Shown here one piece after another: positions 9,044 through 18,310 of a stretch of 64,000 nt of DNA (position 1 is its first letter; each line of letters opens with the position of its first letter). The DNA lies in assembly GCA_963792415.1 (NCBI GenBank), contig CAWBVY010000001.1, positions 96,001 through 160,000 of the forward strand. The letters run 5' to 3'. The DNA comes from Candidatus Deferrimicrobiaceae bacterium (GTDB taxonomy: Bacteria > Desulfobacterota > Deferrimicrobia > Deferrimicrobiales > Deferrimicrobiaceae). Made by a program: the position numbers and the translations under genes. The notes beneath the pieces were generated by a model. It was not told the origin of the DNA, did no database searches, and worked only from the letters and a program-made list of their open reading frames with translations.

Positions 9044-10159
9044 CTATTCCCCGTCCATCGTTACCCGGATCCGCAGCCGGACCGGGTTTCCCGCCGAGTC
9101 GAGGAACAGCGCCGGCAAAACGGCCTGCCCGCCGGGAGCGACGAAGGGCGTCTCGAACTTGAGAAAGGTGAGTCCCGATCCCTCGTCGTCGGCGGACACC
9201 GTGAAGGACGGCGGCGGGACAGGCTCGGCAACGGATGGCGGTGGAATTGGCGGTGGTGCAGGAGCTGCCGGCGGCGGTGGTGGCGGCGGTTCGGGCCCCT
9301 TTTCCGGGATCTCGACGTCGATCACCGAAAGTTCCTCGAACTCCACGGCCGGTTTCGGCGCTTCCGAAGACCGGAGCGTGGTCGGCTGCAGGTCGACCTC
9401 GGCAACAACGGGGTCGGGCGACGCCGCGGGGGCGACCTCGCCGCCTTCCCGGATCTCCTCGACGTCGGAAATTTCCTCGAGGGGCTCGGCCTCCTGCGGG
9501 CCGAAGGTCTTCCCGATCCGCGCGTCGGCGAGTTCCCCCAAATCGTCGTGCGCCGCCATCTCCCCCGGCATCAAAAGGGTTTTCCTGAGGTGGGAGAAGA
9601 CCATCCTGGAGATCCCCACCAGCGTCTCGGTCACCCCCTTGCCGGTGGGCGCGACCGCCTCGAATGTGGGAACGTGGAGGAAATTCAGCGCGGTGTCCAG
9701 TTCCGCAACGGGGGCGGCGTTCCGGAGGTCCCGCTTGTTGTACTGGAGGACGAACGGGAGTTCCTCGAGCTTCTTCCCGTAGGACGAGAGGTTGTCCATC
9801 AGGTTCTTCAGGCTCTCCATGTTGCTGTTGACCATCTCCCGCTGGGAGTCCGCGACGAACACGACCCCATCCACGCCCTGGAGCACCAGCCTCCGGGTGG
9901 CGTTGTAGAACACCTGCCCGGGCACCGTGTAGAGATGGAAGCGGACCTTGAACCCCTTGATCTGCCCCAGCTCGATCGGGAGGAAGTCGAAAAAGAGGGT
10001 CCGGTCGGTCTCGGTGGGAAGGGAGATCAGGCGCCCCTTCTGCTCCGGGCGCAACATCTTGTGGACGATCTCGATATTGGTGGTCTTGCCGGAGAGGCCC
10101 GGGCCGTAATAGACGATCTTCGCGCTGAGCTCGCGGGTCGCGTAGTTGAAGAGGGCCAT
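9044..10159 (-). CDS. mglA: MglA-family small GTPase with long acidic/Pro-rich C-terminal extension
   Basis: KIVYYGPGLSGKTTN, TETDRTLFFDF, TVPGQVFY, QYNKRD. Confidence 0.88.
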   Translation of the reverse strand: MALFNYATRELSAKIVYYGPGLSGKTTNIEIVHKMLRPEQKGRLISLPTETDRTLFFDFLPIELGQIKGFKVRFHLYTVPGQVFYNATRRLVLQGVDGVVFVADSQREMVNSNMESLKNLMDNLSSYGKKLEELPFVLQYNKRDLRNAAPVAELDTALNFLHVPTFEAVAPTGKGVTETLVGISRMVFSHLRKTLLMPGEMAAHDDLGELADARIGKTFGPQEAEPLEEISDVEEIREGGEVAPAASPDPVVAEVDLQPTTLRSSEAPKPAVEFEELSVIDVEIPEKGPEPPPPPPPAAPAPPPIPPPSVAEPVPPPSFTVSADDEGSGLTFLKFETPFVAPGGQAVLPALFLDSAGNPVRLRIRVTMDGE

Positions 10160-10175
10160 CGGTTCCCCCGGATCG

Positions 10176-10652
10176 TTAGTGACGCTGCGCCAGCAGCCGT
10201 CTTGCCTCCTGCCGCACCACGGCCGAAAGGCTGCGGTTTTGCGACAGGACCTTCAACTCGCTGGTCTGGTACGACTTCAGGAACCGGATCGCGGCCGGCG
10301 GCGGGGTCCTCGGGTTCTGGACCAGCGCGCTGATTACCAGCCGGTTCGCCGTCCATTGCCGGCCTTCGGCGATGAACCGGAGCACATCCTCGTGGGTCAG
10401 GGAGGATGCCGCGTAGGAGATGATATCGTCCTCCGTCACTTTCGGGCTTCCGATCACCGCGCGGGCCACCATGCTGCTCGCGTCCCGCGACAGGATCCGG
10501 CGGACCTCCCGGTTCCCCTTGACCGCGAGCTCCACCTTCTCGGGCACGGAGAGCCGGGCGACCTGCGAGGCGATGGAACTGCGCTCCTCCTCGCCGATCT
10601 GCCGCTCCTCCGTCAGGTTCGGTCCGGCCTGCGCGACTCCGGGACCTTTCAC
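10176..10652 (-). CDS. Conserved helical hypothetical protein
   Basis: GTG overlaps the fusA stop. LSVPEKVELAVKGNREVRRIL...LVQNPRTP; this is the C-terminal part of ORF 10176..12389. Confidence 0.72.
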   Translation of the reverse strand: MKGPGVAQAGPNLTEERQIGEEERSSIASQVARLSVPEKVELAVKGNREVRRILSRDASSMVARAVIGSPKVTEDDIISYAASSLTHEDVLRFIAEGRQWTANRLVISALVQNPRTPPPAAIRFLKSYQTSELKVLSQNRSLSAVVRQEARRLLAQRH

Positions 10653-12733
10653 TCCTCCTCCTCTTCCCCCATCTCCTTCTTCGACTCGGCGATCACCTTC
10701 TCCGCGATGACGGCCGGGGTCTCCTCGTAGTGTGACACCTTCATCGTAAATTGTCCGCGCCCCGAGGTGATCGAACGGAGATCGGACGAATAGCGGAGGA
10801 CCTCCGCCAACGGCACCTGGCACCGGACGATCTGGCTCTTCCCGAGGGCGTCCACCCCAAGGACCCGTCCGCGGCGCCCGTTGAGATCCCCGATGATGTC
10901 CCCGACGTTCTCCTCCGGGATGACGACCTCCATCTCCGCGATCGGCTCGAGAAGGACCGGCTTGGCGGCCAGCGCCGCTTTCTTGAAGGCGAGGGACCCG
11001 GCGATCTTGAACGCCATCTCGGAGGAATCGACGTTGTGGAACGAGCCGTCGAAGACGGTGGCCTTCACGTCCACCACCGGGTATCCCGCGATGACCCCCT
11101 TGCCCATCCGCTCCACGATCCCCTTTTCCACCGCCGGGATGTATTGGCGCGGGATCGACCCGCCCACGATCCCGTCCACGTACTCGAACCCCTTCCCGCG
11201 CGGCTGCGGCTCGAGGCGGATCCAGCAGTCGCCGTACTGCCCGCGGCCGCCGGTCTGCTTCTTGTGCTTCCCCTGGGCTTCGGCCTTCCCCTTGAGCGTC
11301 TCGAGGTAGGCGATCTTCTGCGTGCGCAGCTCCACCTCGACGCCGTACACGCGCTTCAGCTTCTCGACGGCCACCTCGACGTGGGTCTCCCCCATCCCCG
11401 CGAGGATGAATTCGTTCGTCTGGGGATCCTTGCGGAAACGGAGGGTCGGGTCCTCCTCGATCATCCGGGAGAGGGAGCTTCCCAGCTTGTCCTCGTCGTT
11501 GCGCGTCTTCGGACGGACGGCGAAGGAGATGACCGCCTCCAGGGGGGACGGCCGCTCGAAGACGATCGGGGCCTTCGGATCGCACAGGGTGTCTCCCGTG
11601 GAAGTCTCCTTGAATTTCGCCACCGCGACGATCTCCCCCGCGGAGGCCGACCCGAGCCCCTTCTGCTTCTTCCCCTCCAGCCGCAGAATCTGCCCGATCC
11701 GCTCCACCGCGTCCTTGCTCGAATTCAGCGGGGACATGTCCGGCGTGAGCGTGCCGGAGAAGATCTTGAAGATGGAGAGCTTCCCCGCGTACGCGTCCGC
11801 CAGCGTCTTGAAGACCTGGCCGGAGAACGGCGCGTTCACGGAGATGGGCCGGTTCTCGGCGGCCTTCTTCTTCGGGTTGGTCCCCTCGACCTCTCCCCGG
11901 TACGAGGGATCCGGAAGGGCGAAGTTGACGAGGTCGAGCACCGGCTGGATCGCGATGTTGCGCAACGCGGAGCCGTAAAGGACCGGGAGGAACCGCATCG
12001 CCCGCACCCCCGCGCGGAAACCGGCCCGGATCTCCTCGTCCGTGAGGGCGGTCCCCTCGAGGAACTTCTCGATCAGCGCGTCGTCGGACTCGGCGCACGA
12101 TTCGACGAGCTTCTCCCGGGCGCTCGAGGCATCGGCGGCCAGGTCGGCGGGGATCTCCTGGAGGGTGAACTCGCCGGTGTCGCCCTTGTACACCATCGCC
12201 TTCATCCGGAACAGGTCGACCACGCCGCGGAACCCGGCCTCCTTCCCGAGCGGCAGCTGCACGGGCACCGCGGGCACCTTCAGGATGTCGGCGATCTCCT
12301 CGACCGCCTTCGCGGGGTCGGCGCGCTCCCGGTCCATCCTCGAAATGAAGGCGATCACCGGGACGTCCGCCGCCCGCGCCAGGTTCCACATCTTCTCGGT
12401 CTGGACCTCCACGCCGGAGACGGCGTTCACGACGAGGATCGCGCCGTCCAGCACCTTGAGGCAGGACCGGGTGTCCGCCTCGAAGTTGATGTAGCCGGGG
12501 GTGTCGGCGAGGGTGACCTCGACCTTGTCCCAGGCGTAGTGATGGAAGGAGGTGCTGATCGTGATCTTCCGCCGGATCTCCTCCGGGTCGTAGTCGAAGT
12601 TGGAGCTCCCGTCGTCCACCTTGCCCATCCTGTCCGTCGCCTTCGCGTTGAACAGAAGGGCCTCCGCCAGCGTCGTCTTTCCCGCTCCTCCGTGCGCGAT
12701 GATGCCGACGTTCCGGATCTGCTGGATATCCAC
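10649..12733 (-). CDS. fusA: Elongation factor G (EF-G2-like paralog)
   Basis: AHGGAGKTT, DTPGY, KKQTGGRGQYG, DGSFHNVDSSEMAF. Divergent G1/G2/G4 motifs and location outside the str operon suggest EF-G II. Confidence 0.93.
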   Translation of the reverse strand: MDIQQIRNVGIIAHGGAGKTTLAEALLFNAKATDRMGKVDDGSSNFDYDPEEIRRKITISTSFHHYAWDKVEVTLADTPGYINFEADTRSCLKVLDGAILVVNAVSGVEVQTEKMWNLARAADVPVIAFISRMDRERADPAKAVEEIADILKVPAVPVQLPLGKEAGFRGVVDLFRMKAMVYKGDTGEFTLQEIPADLAADASSAREKLVESCAESDDALIEKFLEGTALTDEEIRAGFRAGVRAMRFLPVLYGSALRNIAIQPVLDLVNFALPDPSYRGEVEGTNPKKKAAENRPISVNAPFSGQVFKTLADAYAGKLSIFKIFSGTLTPDMSPLNSSKDAVERIGQILRLEGKKQKGLGSASAGEIVAVAKFKETSTGDTLCDPKAPIVFERPSPLEAVISFAVRPKTRNDEDKLGSSLSRMIEEDPTLRFRKDPQTNEFILAGMGETHVEVAVEKLKRVYGVEVELRTQKIAYLETLKGKAEAQGKHKKQTGGRGQYGDCWIRLEPQPRGKGFEYVDGIVGGSIPRQYIPAVEKGIVERMGKGVIAGYPVVDVKATVFDGSFHNVDSSEMAFKIAGSLAFKKAALAAKPVLLEPIAEMEVVIPEENVGDIIGDLNGRRGRVLGVDALGKSQIVRCQVPLAEVLRYSSDLRSITSGRGQFTMKVSHYEETPAVIAEKVIAESKKEMGEEEEE

Positions 12734-12771
12734 TCTGACCGTCCTCCTAAAGGGCGTATGTTCCGCGGACT

Positions 12772-12939
12772 AAGTGTTGCGTTTCATAAATTCGGTTGCA
12801 TTCGAGGCCCGCTGCATCCGCCCCGGCTTCGTTGCGCTCCCTCACCGTACTTGCCCAGTACGCCTCGGTCGCGACGCCTTGCCGGATGCGGCGCATCGAC
12901 CCTCTCGGTGCGACACCGTATTTATGAAACGCAACACTT
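12772..12939. mobile_element. MITE-like element, 168 bp with 20-bp perfect terminal inverted repeats
   Basis: AAGTGTTGCGTTTCATAAAT (12772-12791) and ATTTATGAAACGCAACACTT (12920-12939); internal GCATCCG/CGGATGC stem; no coding capacity. Confidence 0.75.
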
Positions 12940-12951
12940 CGCTCCCACGGG

Positions 12952-13719
12952 TCAGGAAAGGTTCCTCTCGTATATAATACGCAGCCCCTCGAGAGTCAAA
13001 TTCTCATCGATTACGTTGATTTTTTGCGTCTCGGCGGCGATCGTCCGCGCGAGCCCCCCGGTGGCGATCACCAGGGGGTCGAGGCGGACCTCCTTCCGGA
13101 TCCGGTCGATGATCCCCTCGACCATCGCGACGTACCCGTAGAAGAGCCCCGACTGCATCGCCGCCACCGTGTTCTTCCCGATGACCGTGGCGGGCTTGAC
13201 GATCTCGATCCGGGGAAGCTTCGAGGCCTGCCGGAAGAGGGCCTCGGCGGAGATGTTCACCCCGGGGGCGATCACGCCGCCCATGTAGTCCCCCGTCGAG
13301 GACACGTAGTCGAAGGTGGTGGCGGTTCCGAAGTCGACGACGATGGCGGGCCGATGATGCTTCGCGAAGGCCGCCACGGAGTTGACGATCCGGTCCGCCC
13401 CGACCTCCTTGGGGTTGTCCATCTTGATCGAGATCCCCGTCTTGATCCCGGGGCCCACGATCATCGGCGTCAGGCCGAAGTACCGCTCGCACAGCTCGAT
13501 GATGGTGGGGGTGAGCGGCGGGACCACGGAGGCGATGATGATCGCCTTGATCTCCCGGGACGAGAAATCGCTCGCGTCGTAGAGGTTCCGCAGAAGGATC
13601 CCGTACTCGTCGCTCGTCTTCTCCCGGTCGGTCCACACCCGCCAGTGGTGGAGAAGGGCATCCCCCTCGTAGACCCCGAGGACGGTGTTCGTGTTCCCAA
13701 CGTCGATCACAAGGAGCAT
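12952..13719 (-). CDS. coaX: Type III pantothenate kinase
   Basis: [33 protein letters not shown]. Confidence 0.95.
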   Translation of the reverse strand: MLLVIDVGNTNTVLGVYEGDALLHHWRVWTDREKTSDEYGILLRNLYDASDFSSREIKAIIIASVVPPLTPTIIELCERYFGLTPMIVGPGIKTGISIKMDNPKEVGADRIVNSVAAFAKHHRPAIVVDFGTATTFDYVSSTGDYMGGVIAPGVNISAEALFRQASKLPRIEIVKPATVIGKNTVAAMQSGLFYGYVAMVEGIIDRIRKEVRLDPLVIATGGLARTIAAETQKINVIDENLTLEGLRIIYERNLS

Positions 13720-13737
13720 CGGGTGTTCCCTACCCCC

Positions 13738-14635
13738 TCACCGCCGAAAGTCCAGGATCTCTCCGCTGTGCACCAACTCGATCGCAGGGCCGCCGTCGGG
13801 GAGAAAACGGAGCGCCCCGGCCGTGTCGAGCCCGTCCGCGGTTCCCCACCCCTCGCCCGCCCTGCCGCCGAAGGAGGACGCGCCGCCCCCGGAGGAAGTC
13901 GCGTCGGTCCCACCCGTCGCGGAGCGAGGCGAACCCGCCCCCGAGGAATTCCGCGTACCGCGCCCCGAACGCGTCGAGCAGCCGGGCGAGGAGGTCGACC
14001 CGGCGGAACGCCCTCCCCGCGCAGATCCGGAGGGACGTCGCCGTCCCGCGGAGATCCGGCGGGAAATCGGCCTCTTCCACGTTCACGTTGAGCCCCACGC
14101 CGATCACGACGTGGCGCACGCCGTCCGGGTCGGACGCCATCTCCGCGAGGATTCCCGCCGCCTTCCTTCCACCGCAATACAGGTCGTTCGGCCACTTGAG
14201 GGTCGCGGGAACGCCGACCGCCTCGACCGCGTCGGCGAGGGCGACGCCGGCCACGAGGGCGAGCGTCGGCGCTTCGACGGTCGGGACGGAAGGCCGAAGC
14301 AGCAGGGAAACGTACAGGTTCTTCCCCGCGGGAGACAACCACCGGCGGCCCATCCGTCCCCGGCCCGCGGTCTGCGCGTCGGCGACGACGACGGTCCCGT
14401 GCGGTGCACCGCTTTCCGCCATCTCCATCGCGACGCGGTTCGTGCTGTCGGTCACGTCGAGCAGAACAAAGTCGGTCCACGGCCCGCCAGAGCGGAGCCG
14501 CGCTCGGAGGTCCGCTTCGGAGATCTGGCCCCCCGTTTCCCTTTCCCGCCCCGCGATCCGCACCCCCTCGGTAGCATCCCCGGAGGCGAAGCTCCCCTGC
14601 CGTTCCTCCAGGATACGGTGGAGCTTCTCCCCCAT
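13738..14635 (-). CDS. birA: Biotin-[acetyl-CoA-carboxylase] ligase, frameshift near 13856 as assembled
   Basis: DSTN, QTAGRGRMGRRW, KWPNDL, KAAGIL, GVGLNVN. The expected C-terminus GTADGLDTAGALRF...VHSGEI lies in a shifted frame ending at 13738. Confidence 0.9.
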
Positions 14636-14856
14636 CACCCTCCCGCCGCGTCGAATCCGGAATTACACCTTCATTCTATTAAGCATTTCAGGGGTGTGGA
14701 AATCAACCGAAACATGTAGAAAAAGACAGCAAAGTTTCACGCCACCGGCCCAACCGATACGACATATATTATCGGGAATACAAAGGGAAGGGACCGAAAA
14801 ACCGACTTGAACAAGGGTACTGGACACCACCGGGGGACCAGGGACCGTCGAAGAGG

Positions 14857-15312
14857 ATGCTGATCGAACTGCTCTCGGTCTTGTCGAGGGTCTCCCCGCC
14901 GCATACTTCGCGATCGTCTGCCTCGGTTTCTGGAAGAGCTTCGTCCAGACCGGCAAGTGGACCTCCCTGCTCGTGGAAAAATGGATGGGTATTGATGTGC
15001 CGAATTGGCTCCACTGGTTTCGGAGGGACTCTGATCATCCTCCTGCTCGTGTTCCGCCGGGAGTCGCGCCGGCTCTCCCTGCATCCGTGGGACTGGATCG
15101 TCGCCCTCGGGGGTTCCTTCACCGTCCTGCTGGTCCGTCCCGCGGCGGCGACGGTCGTCCCGGAGTTTCTCGGCGTCGCGCTCATACTCGCGGGAACCGC
15201 GTTCGAGATCTATGCGAAGATCGTTCTCGGGAGAAGTTTCGGAATCGTGGCCGCAGACCGGGGGATCGTCGTGGAGGGACCGTACCGCATCGTCCGGCAC
15301 CCCATCTACTTC
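14857..15312 (+). pseudogene. Isoprenylcysteine carboxyl methyltransferase (ICMT/PEMT)-family membrane protein, disrupted and truncated
   Basis: LGRSFGIVAADRGIVVEGPYRIVRHPIY motif. The N-terminal helix is in another frame and the protein is cut off right after RHPIY. Confidence 0.7.
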
Positions 15313-15786
15313 GCGCGGAGAGGGCCACCCTGCTGGTCTGGTTGAGGGTATCATTGGCGTCCGTACACGGAGGTGTTCCGGAGTTCATCCCCGTGACCAA
15401 TTGCCTGTTCATCAGCATCCTTGCGCCTCTCTGCACGAGGATGACGGACTTTTCCCACAGCCCGTAGCGCCAGCAGACTGTAAGACGTGGGAGCAACCCA
15501 GGAATGACATCGGCGGTCAGGATCACCCACGAATGGAGTATCCTGACATGGGCCAATTCTGCTTCTCCAGTGTTCCCCGAAGTACTTAATAGAAATTCAC
15601 CGCGCGATTCATATTTCTTATGCCGTTCGGACCACGCCATGCACATCGTCATCTATTTTTTCCAGATTTCGAGGATCCTGTAGTGCCCCGAGGAGCGGAT
15701 TCTCTCGGAGGACGCCGCGTAGTCCCCCCCGGGACCCATATCGCGGGCGCGTCCGCTTTCGCCTGATCCCGGGGTCTTCTGACCCT

Positions 15787-16703
15787 TCACGAAGGGGCGA
15801 CGAACACGAAGGGGTACAGGACTTCCACCGTGCGTCCCGCCGGCGGCTCGAAGGTCCAGCGACGGACCTTGGCGAGGACGACGTTCACGAACGCGGTGTC
15901 GGAGAAGGACCCGTCGGCCGGTTCGGCGCCCTGGACCTTCCCCGAGGGGTCGATGCGGAAGCGAACGAGCAGCTTCCCTCCAAGGTCGGGGTTTCGCCGG
16001 ATCGCGTCGGCGTAGACCCCCTCCAGTTCGGGCAGGCGGTCGCGCACCCGTTTCCGGATCATCTCGCGGATCCAGGCGGGGATCGGCTCCCCGGCGGTGT
16101 CCCCGGCCCCCCCGAACATCATCGACGCCTCGGTCTCCTTCCCGAACCCCACGCCGGGTCTGCCGGACGCGCGCACGCGGGCCTCAAGTTCCTCAAGGTG
16201 CTTCCCCAGGGCCGCGGTCCTCTCGGGTGCGACGGCGGGGGCGAAATCCCCCGGCCTGGCGGGGCCATCGTTGGTCCAGTGGCGCACCGGGATCCCCCCC
16301 GCCTTCCCCTCCCGGCGGGTGACCGGCGCCTCGGGCACATTGGCCATCCCCGCGTCGAGTTTCTCGAGCCACCGCCTTGCGGCGGGGGGCGCCTTCGGGG
16401 CGGGACGGGTCGAGGCCGGCCTGTCGGAGGACGCAGGAAAGAGTCGGGCCGGGCCGACGACGCGACCGGAGGCGGAGGCGCCGGCAGCTCCTCCGGAAGC
16501 TCCGACATCGGCAAATCGGTCAATTCCACAACCACCGGCGGGGAGAACCTCATCGTGGGAAACAGCGGCGATATGGCGGACCCCATGACGAACACCACGA
16601 GGTGGACCGCGACGGAGAGGATCATCATCTTCCGGATGATCCGCTCCTGACGGCGCGACATCCCGTTGATCTCCTGGTAGATGTTCATCTGGAAACCGTT
16701 CAT
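15787..16703 (-). pseudogene. AgmX/PglI C-terminal (TonB-C-like, GltG-like) membrane protein, frameshift near 16440 as assembled
   Basis: N-part: TM helix SVAVHLVVF plus Pro-rich linker (frame 16119..16805). C-part: YADAIRRNPDLGGKLLVRFRIDPSGKV...RRWTF...VEVLYPFVF (frame 15787..16347). Confidence 0.75.
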
Positions 16704-16710
16704 CGTCGGT

Positions 16711-18015
16711 TCACAGCTCCGTGAAGTAGTCCCTGCACGCCCGCTCCACCAATTCGTTGTCCAGCCGGGAGGGAACCCCCTCGTACCGGCAGATCTCCAC
16801 GACACGGCTCAGCACGTCGTTCGGGTGGCAGGCGCTCAAGCGAACCCCGCGCCTCGGGTGCTCCTCGTCCAGCAGATGGCGGATGACCTCCGGACGGAAC
16901 GGAAGCCCCACGCGCTCGCACACCTGGCGGCAGATCCCGATGTACTCCTCCTCCCCCAGGTAGTCGATCTTGATCTTGTACCCGATCCGTCGCAGGAACG
17001 CCTCGTCGGCCAGCTCCCGCGGAGCGATGTTCGTGGAGAAGAGGATGATCTGGTCGAAGGGGATCTCGAACTTCTTCCCGTTCTGCAGTGTCAGGAAGTC
17101 GCGCGCCTTTTCCAGGGGGACGATCCAGCGATTCAGCAAGTCGAAGGGGCGGACCAGCTGCCGCCCGAGGTCGTCGATCAGGAAGACCCCCCCGTTGGCC
17201 TTCACCTGGAGGGGCGCCTCGTAGAACTTGGCGATCGCGTCGAAGCTCAGGTCGAGCATCGCCAGCGTCAACTCCCCGCCGGAGACGATCACCGGGCGTT
17301 CGCACAGGACCCAGCGGCGGTCGTACTCCGTCCGTTCGGTGAGGACGGCCTGCGCCGGGTCCATCGGCTCTCCGAGATCGACGCGGGAGTGGTTCACGGG
17401 GTCGAACACGCGGATGACCTGGTTGTCCACGCAGATGGCGTGGGGGATGAAGACGTTCCCGCTCATGACCTTCGCCAGCCGCTCGGCGATGAACGTCTTG
17501 CCGTTCCCGGAGGGCCCGTAGAGGAAGATGGAGCGCCCGGAGTTGACCGCGGGGCCCAGGCGTTCCAGCAGGCCGGGGGTCAGGATGACCCCCTTGAAGG
17601 CGCGGTCCATCGACTCGCGGTGGACCGACATCTTCCGGACCGTCTGCTTCCTCGCCACCTCCGTGTACTGCGCGAGGGTGACGGGGGCCGCGCCGAAGTA
17701 CCCGGAGAGCTGGAGGTACTCCCTGGCCCTCTCCCGTCCGAGGTCGGTGAGGGCGTGCGTGTACGCGGCGCGGATGTCCCCGCCCTTCTTCACCTCGGCC
17801 AGCCGCTCCTTTTTCATGAAATCCATCACGTCGTTCGATACGCTGACGGGAAGCGCAAGCTGCTCGGAGATGGACGACAAAGACATCACGCCGCCGAAGT
17901 AGAGGGTCTTGCAGGCGAGCTCCACGAGGAACCCGAGGGAGAGCCCGGTCTCCTCGACGGTCTTCGGCGACCTGGGCACTACGGACACGCGGATCTTGCG
18001 GGTCTCTTCAGTCAA
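16711..18015 (-). CDS. AAA+ ATPase with N-terminal winged-helix-like segment
   Basis: GPSGNGKT Walker A, KANGGVFLIDDLGRQ Walker B, DEAFLRR. TTG start with AAGGAG RBS. Confidence 0.85.
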   Translation of the reverse strand: MTEETRKIRVSVVPRSPKTVEETGLSLGFLVELACKTLYFGGVMSLSSISEQLALPVSVSNDVMDFMKKERLAEVKKGGDIRAAYTHALTDLGRERAREYLQLSGYFGAAPVTLAQYTEVARKQTVRKMSVHRESMDRAFKGVILTPGLLERLGPAVNSGRSIFLYGPSGNGKTFIAERLAKVMSGNVFIPHAICVDNQVIRVFDPVNHSRVDLGEPMDPAQAVLTERTEYDRRWVLCERPVIVSGGELTLAMLDLSFDAIAKFYEAPLQVKANGGVFLIDDLGRQLVRPFDLLNRWIVPLEKARDFLTLQNGKKFEIPFDQIILFSTNIAPRELADEAFLRRIGYKIKIDYLGEEEYIGICRQVCERVGLPFRPEVIRHLLDEEHPRRGVRLSACHPNDVLSRVVEICRYEGVPSRLDNELVERACRDYFTEL

Positions 18016-18310
18016 TGTAGGCTCCTTGTTCCGTGATTGCACCGGCCGGCGAAGATCCCGTCGGGATCTCCCGTGGAAGAACCGGCCGCGCCATGTCCGT
18101 GAGGAACAGATCGTAACGGACGGGGGATGGAATCGTGGTTCCCCGGCCAACGGGGAGATAAAGGACCCCGGGCTTCTCCCGGAGGCCGCGCACTTCCAGT
18201 TCCTCCATCCGGAGGGAGTGCGGCCCGCCGCCTGCGGCCGGCCTTTCCGCCGCAAAGCCGGGGGCGGCGGCGAGAATACAGAGCGCGAGGAACACGACTG
18301 CGCGCCTCAT
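18008..18310 (-). CDS. Small secreted protein, CglF/GltF-like
   Basis: Signal peptide MRRAVVFLALCILAAAPGFA, then MEELEVRGLREKPGVLYL. Overlaps both neighbours. Confidence 0.62.
   Translation of the reverse strand: MRRAVVFLALCILAAAPGFAAERPAAGGGPHSLRMEELEVRGLREKPGVLYLPVGRGTTIPSPVRYDLFLTDMARPVLPREIPTGSSPAGAITEQGAYID

Noticed and set aside
15182-15652. 156-aa minus-strand ORF
   Set aside because: No recognisable motif or RBS, atypical composition, and it overlaps the ICMT remnant.
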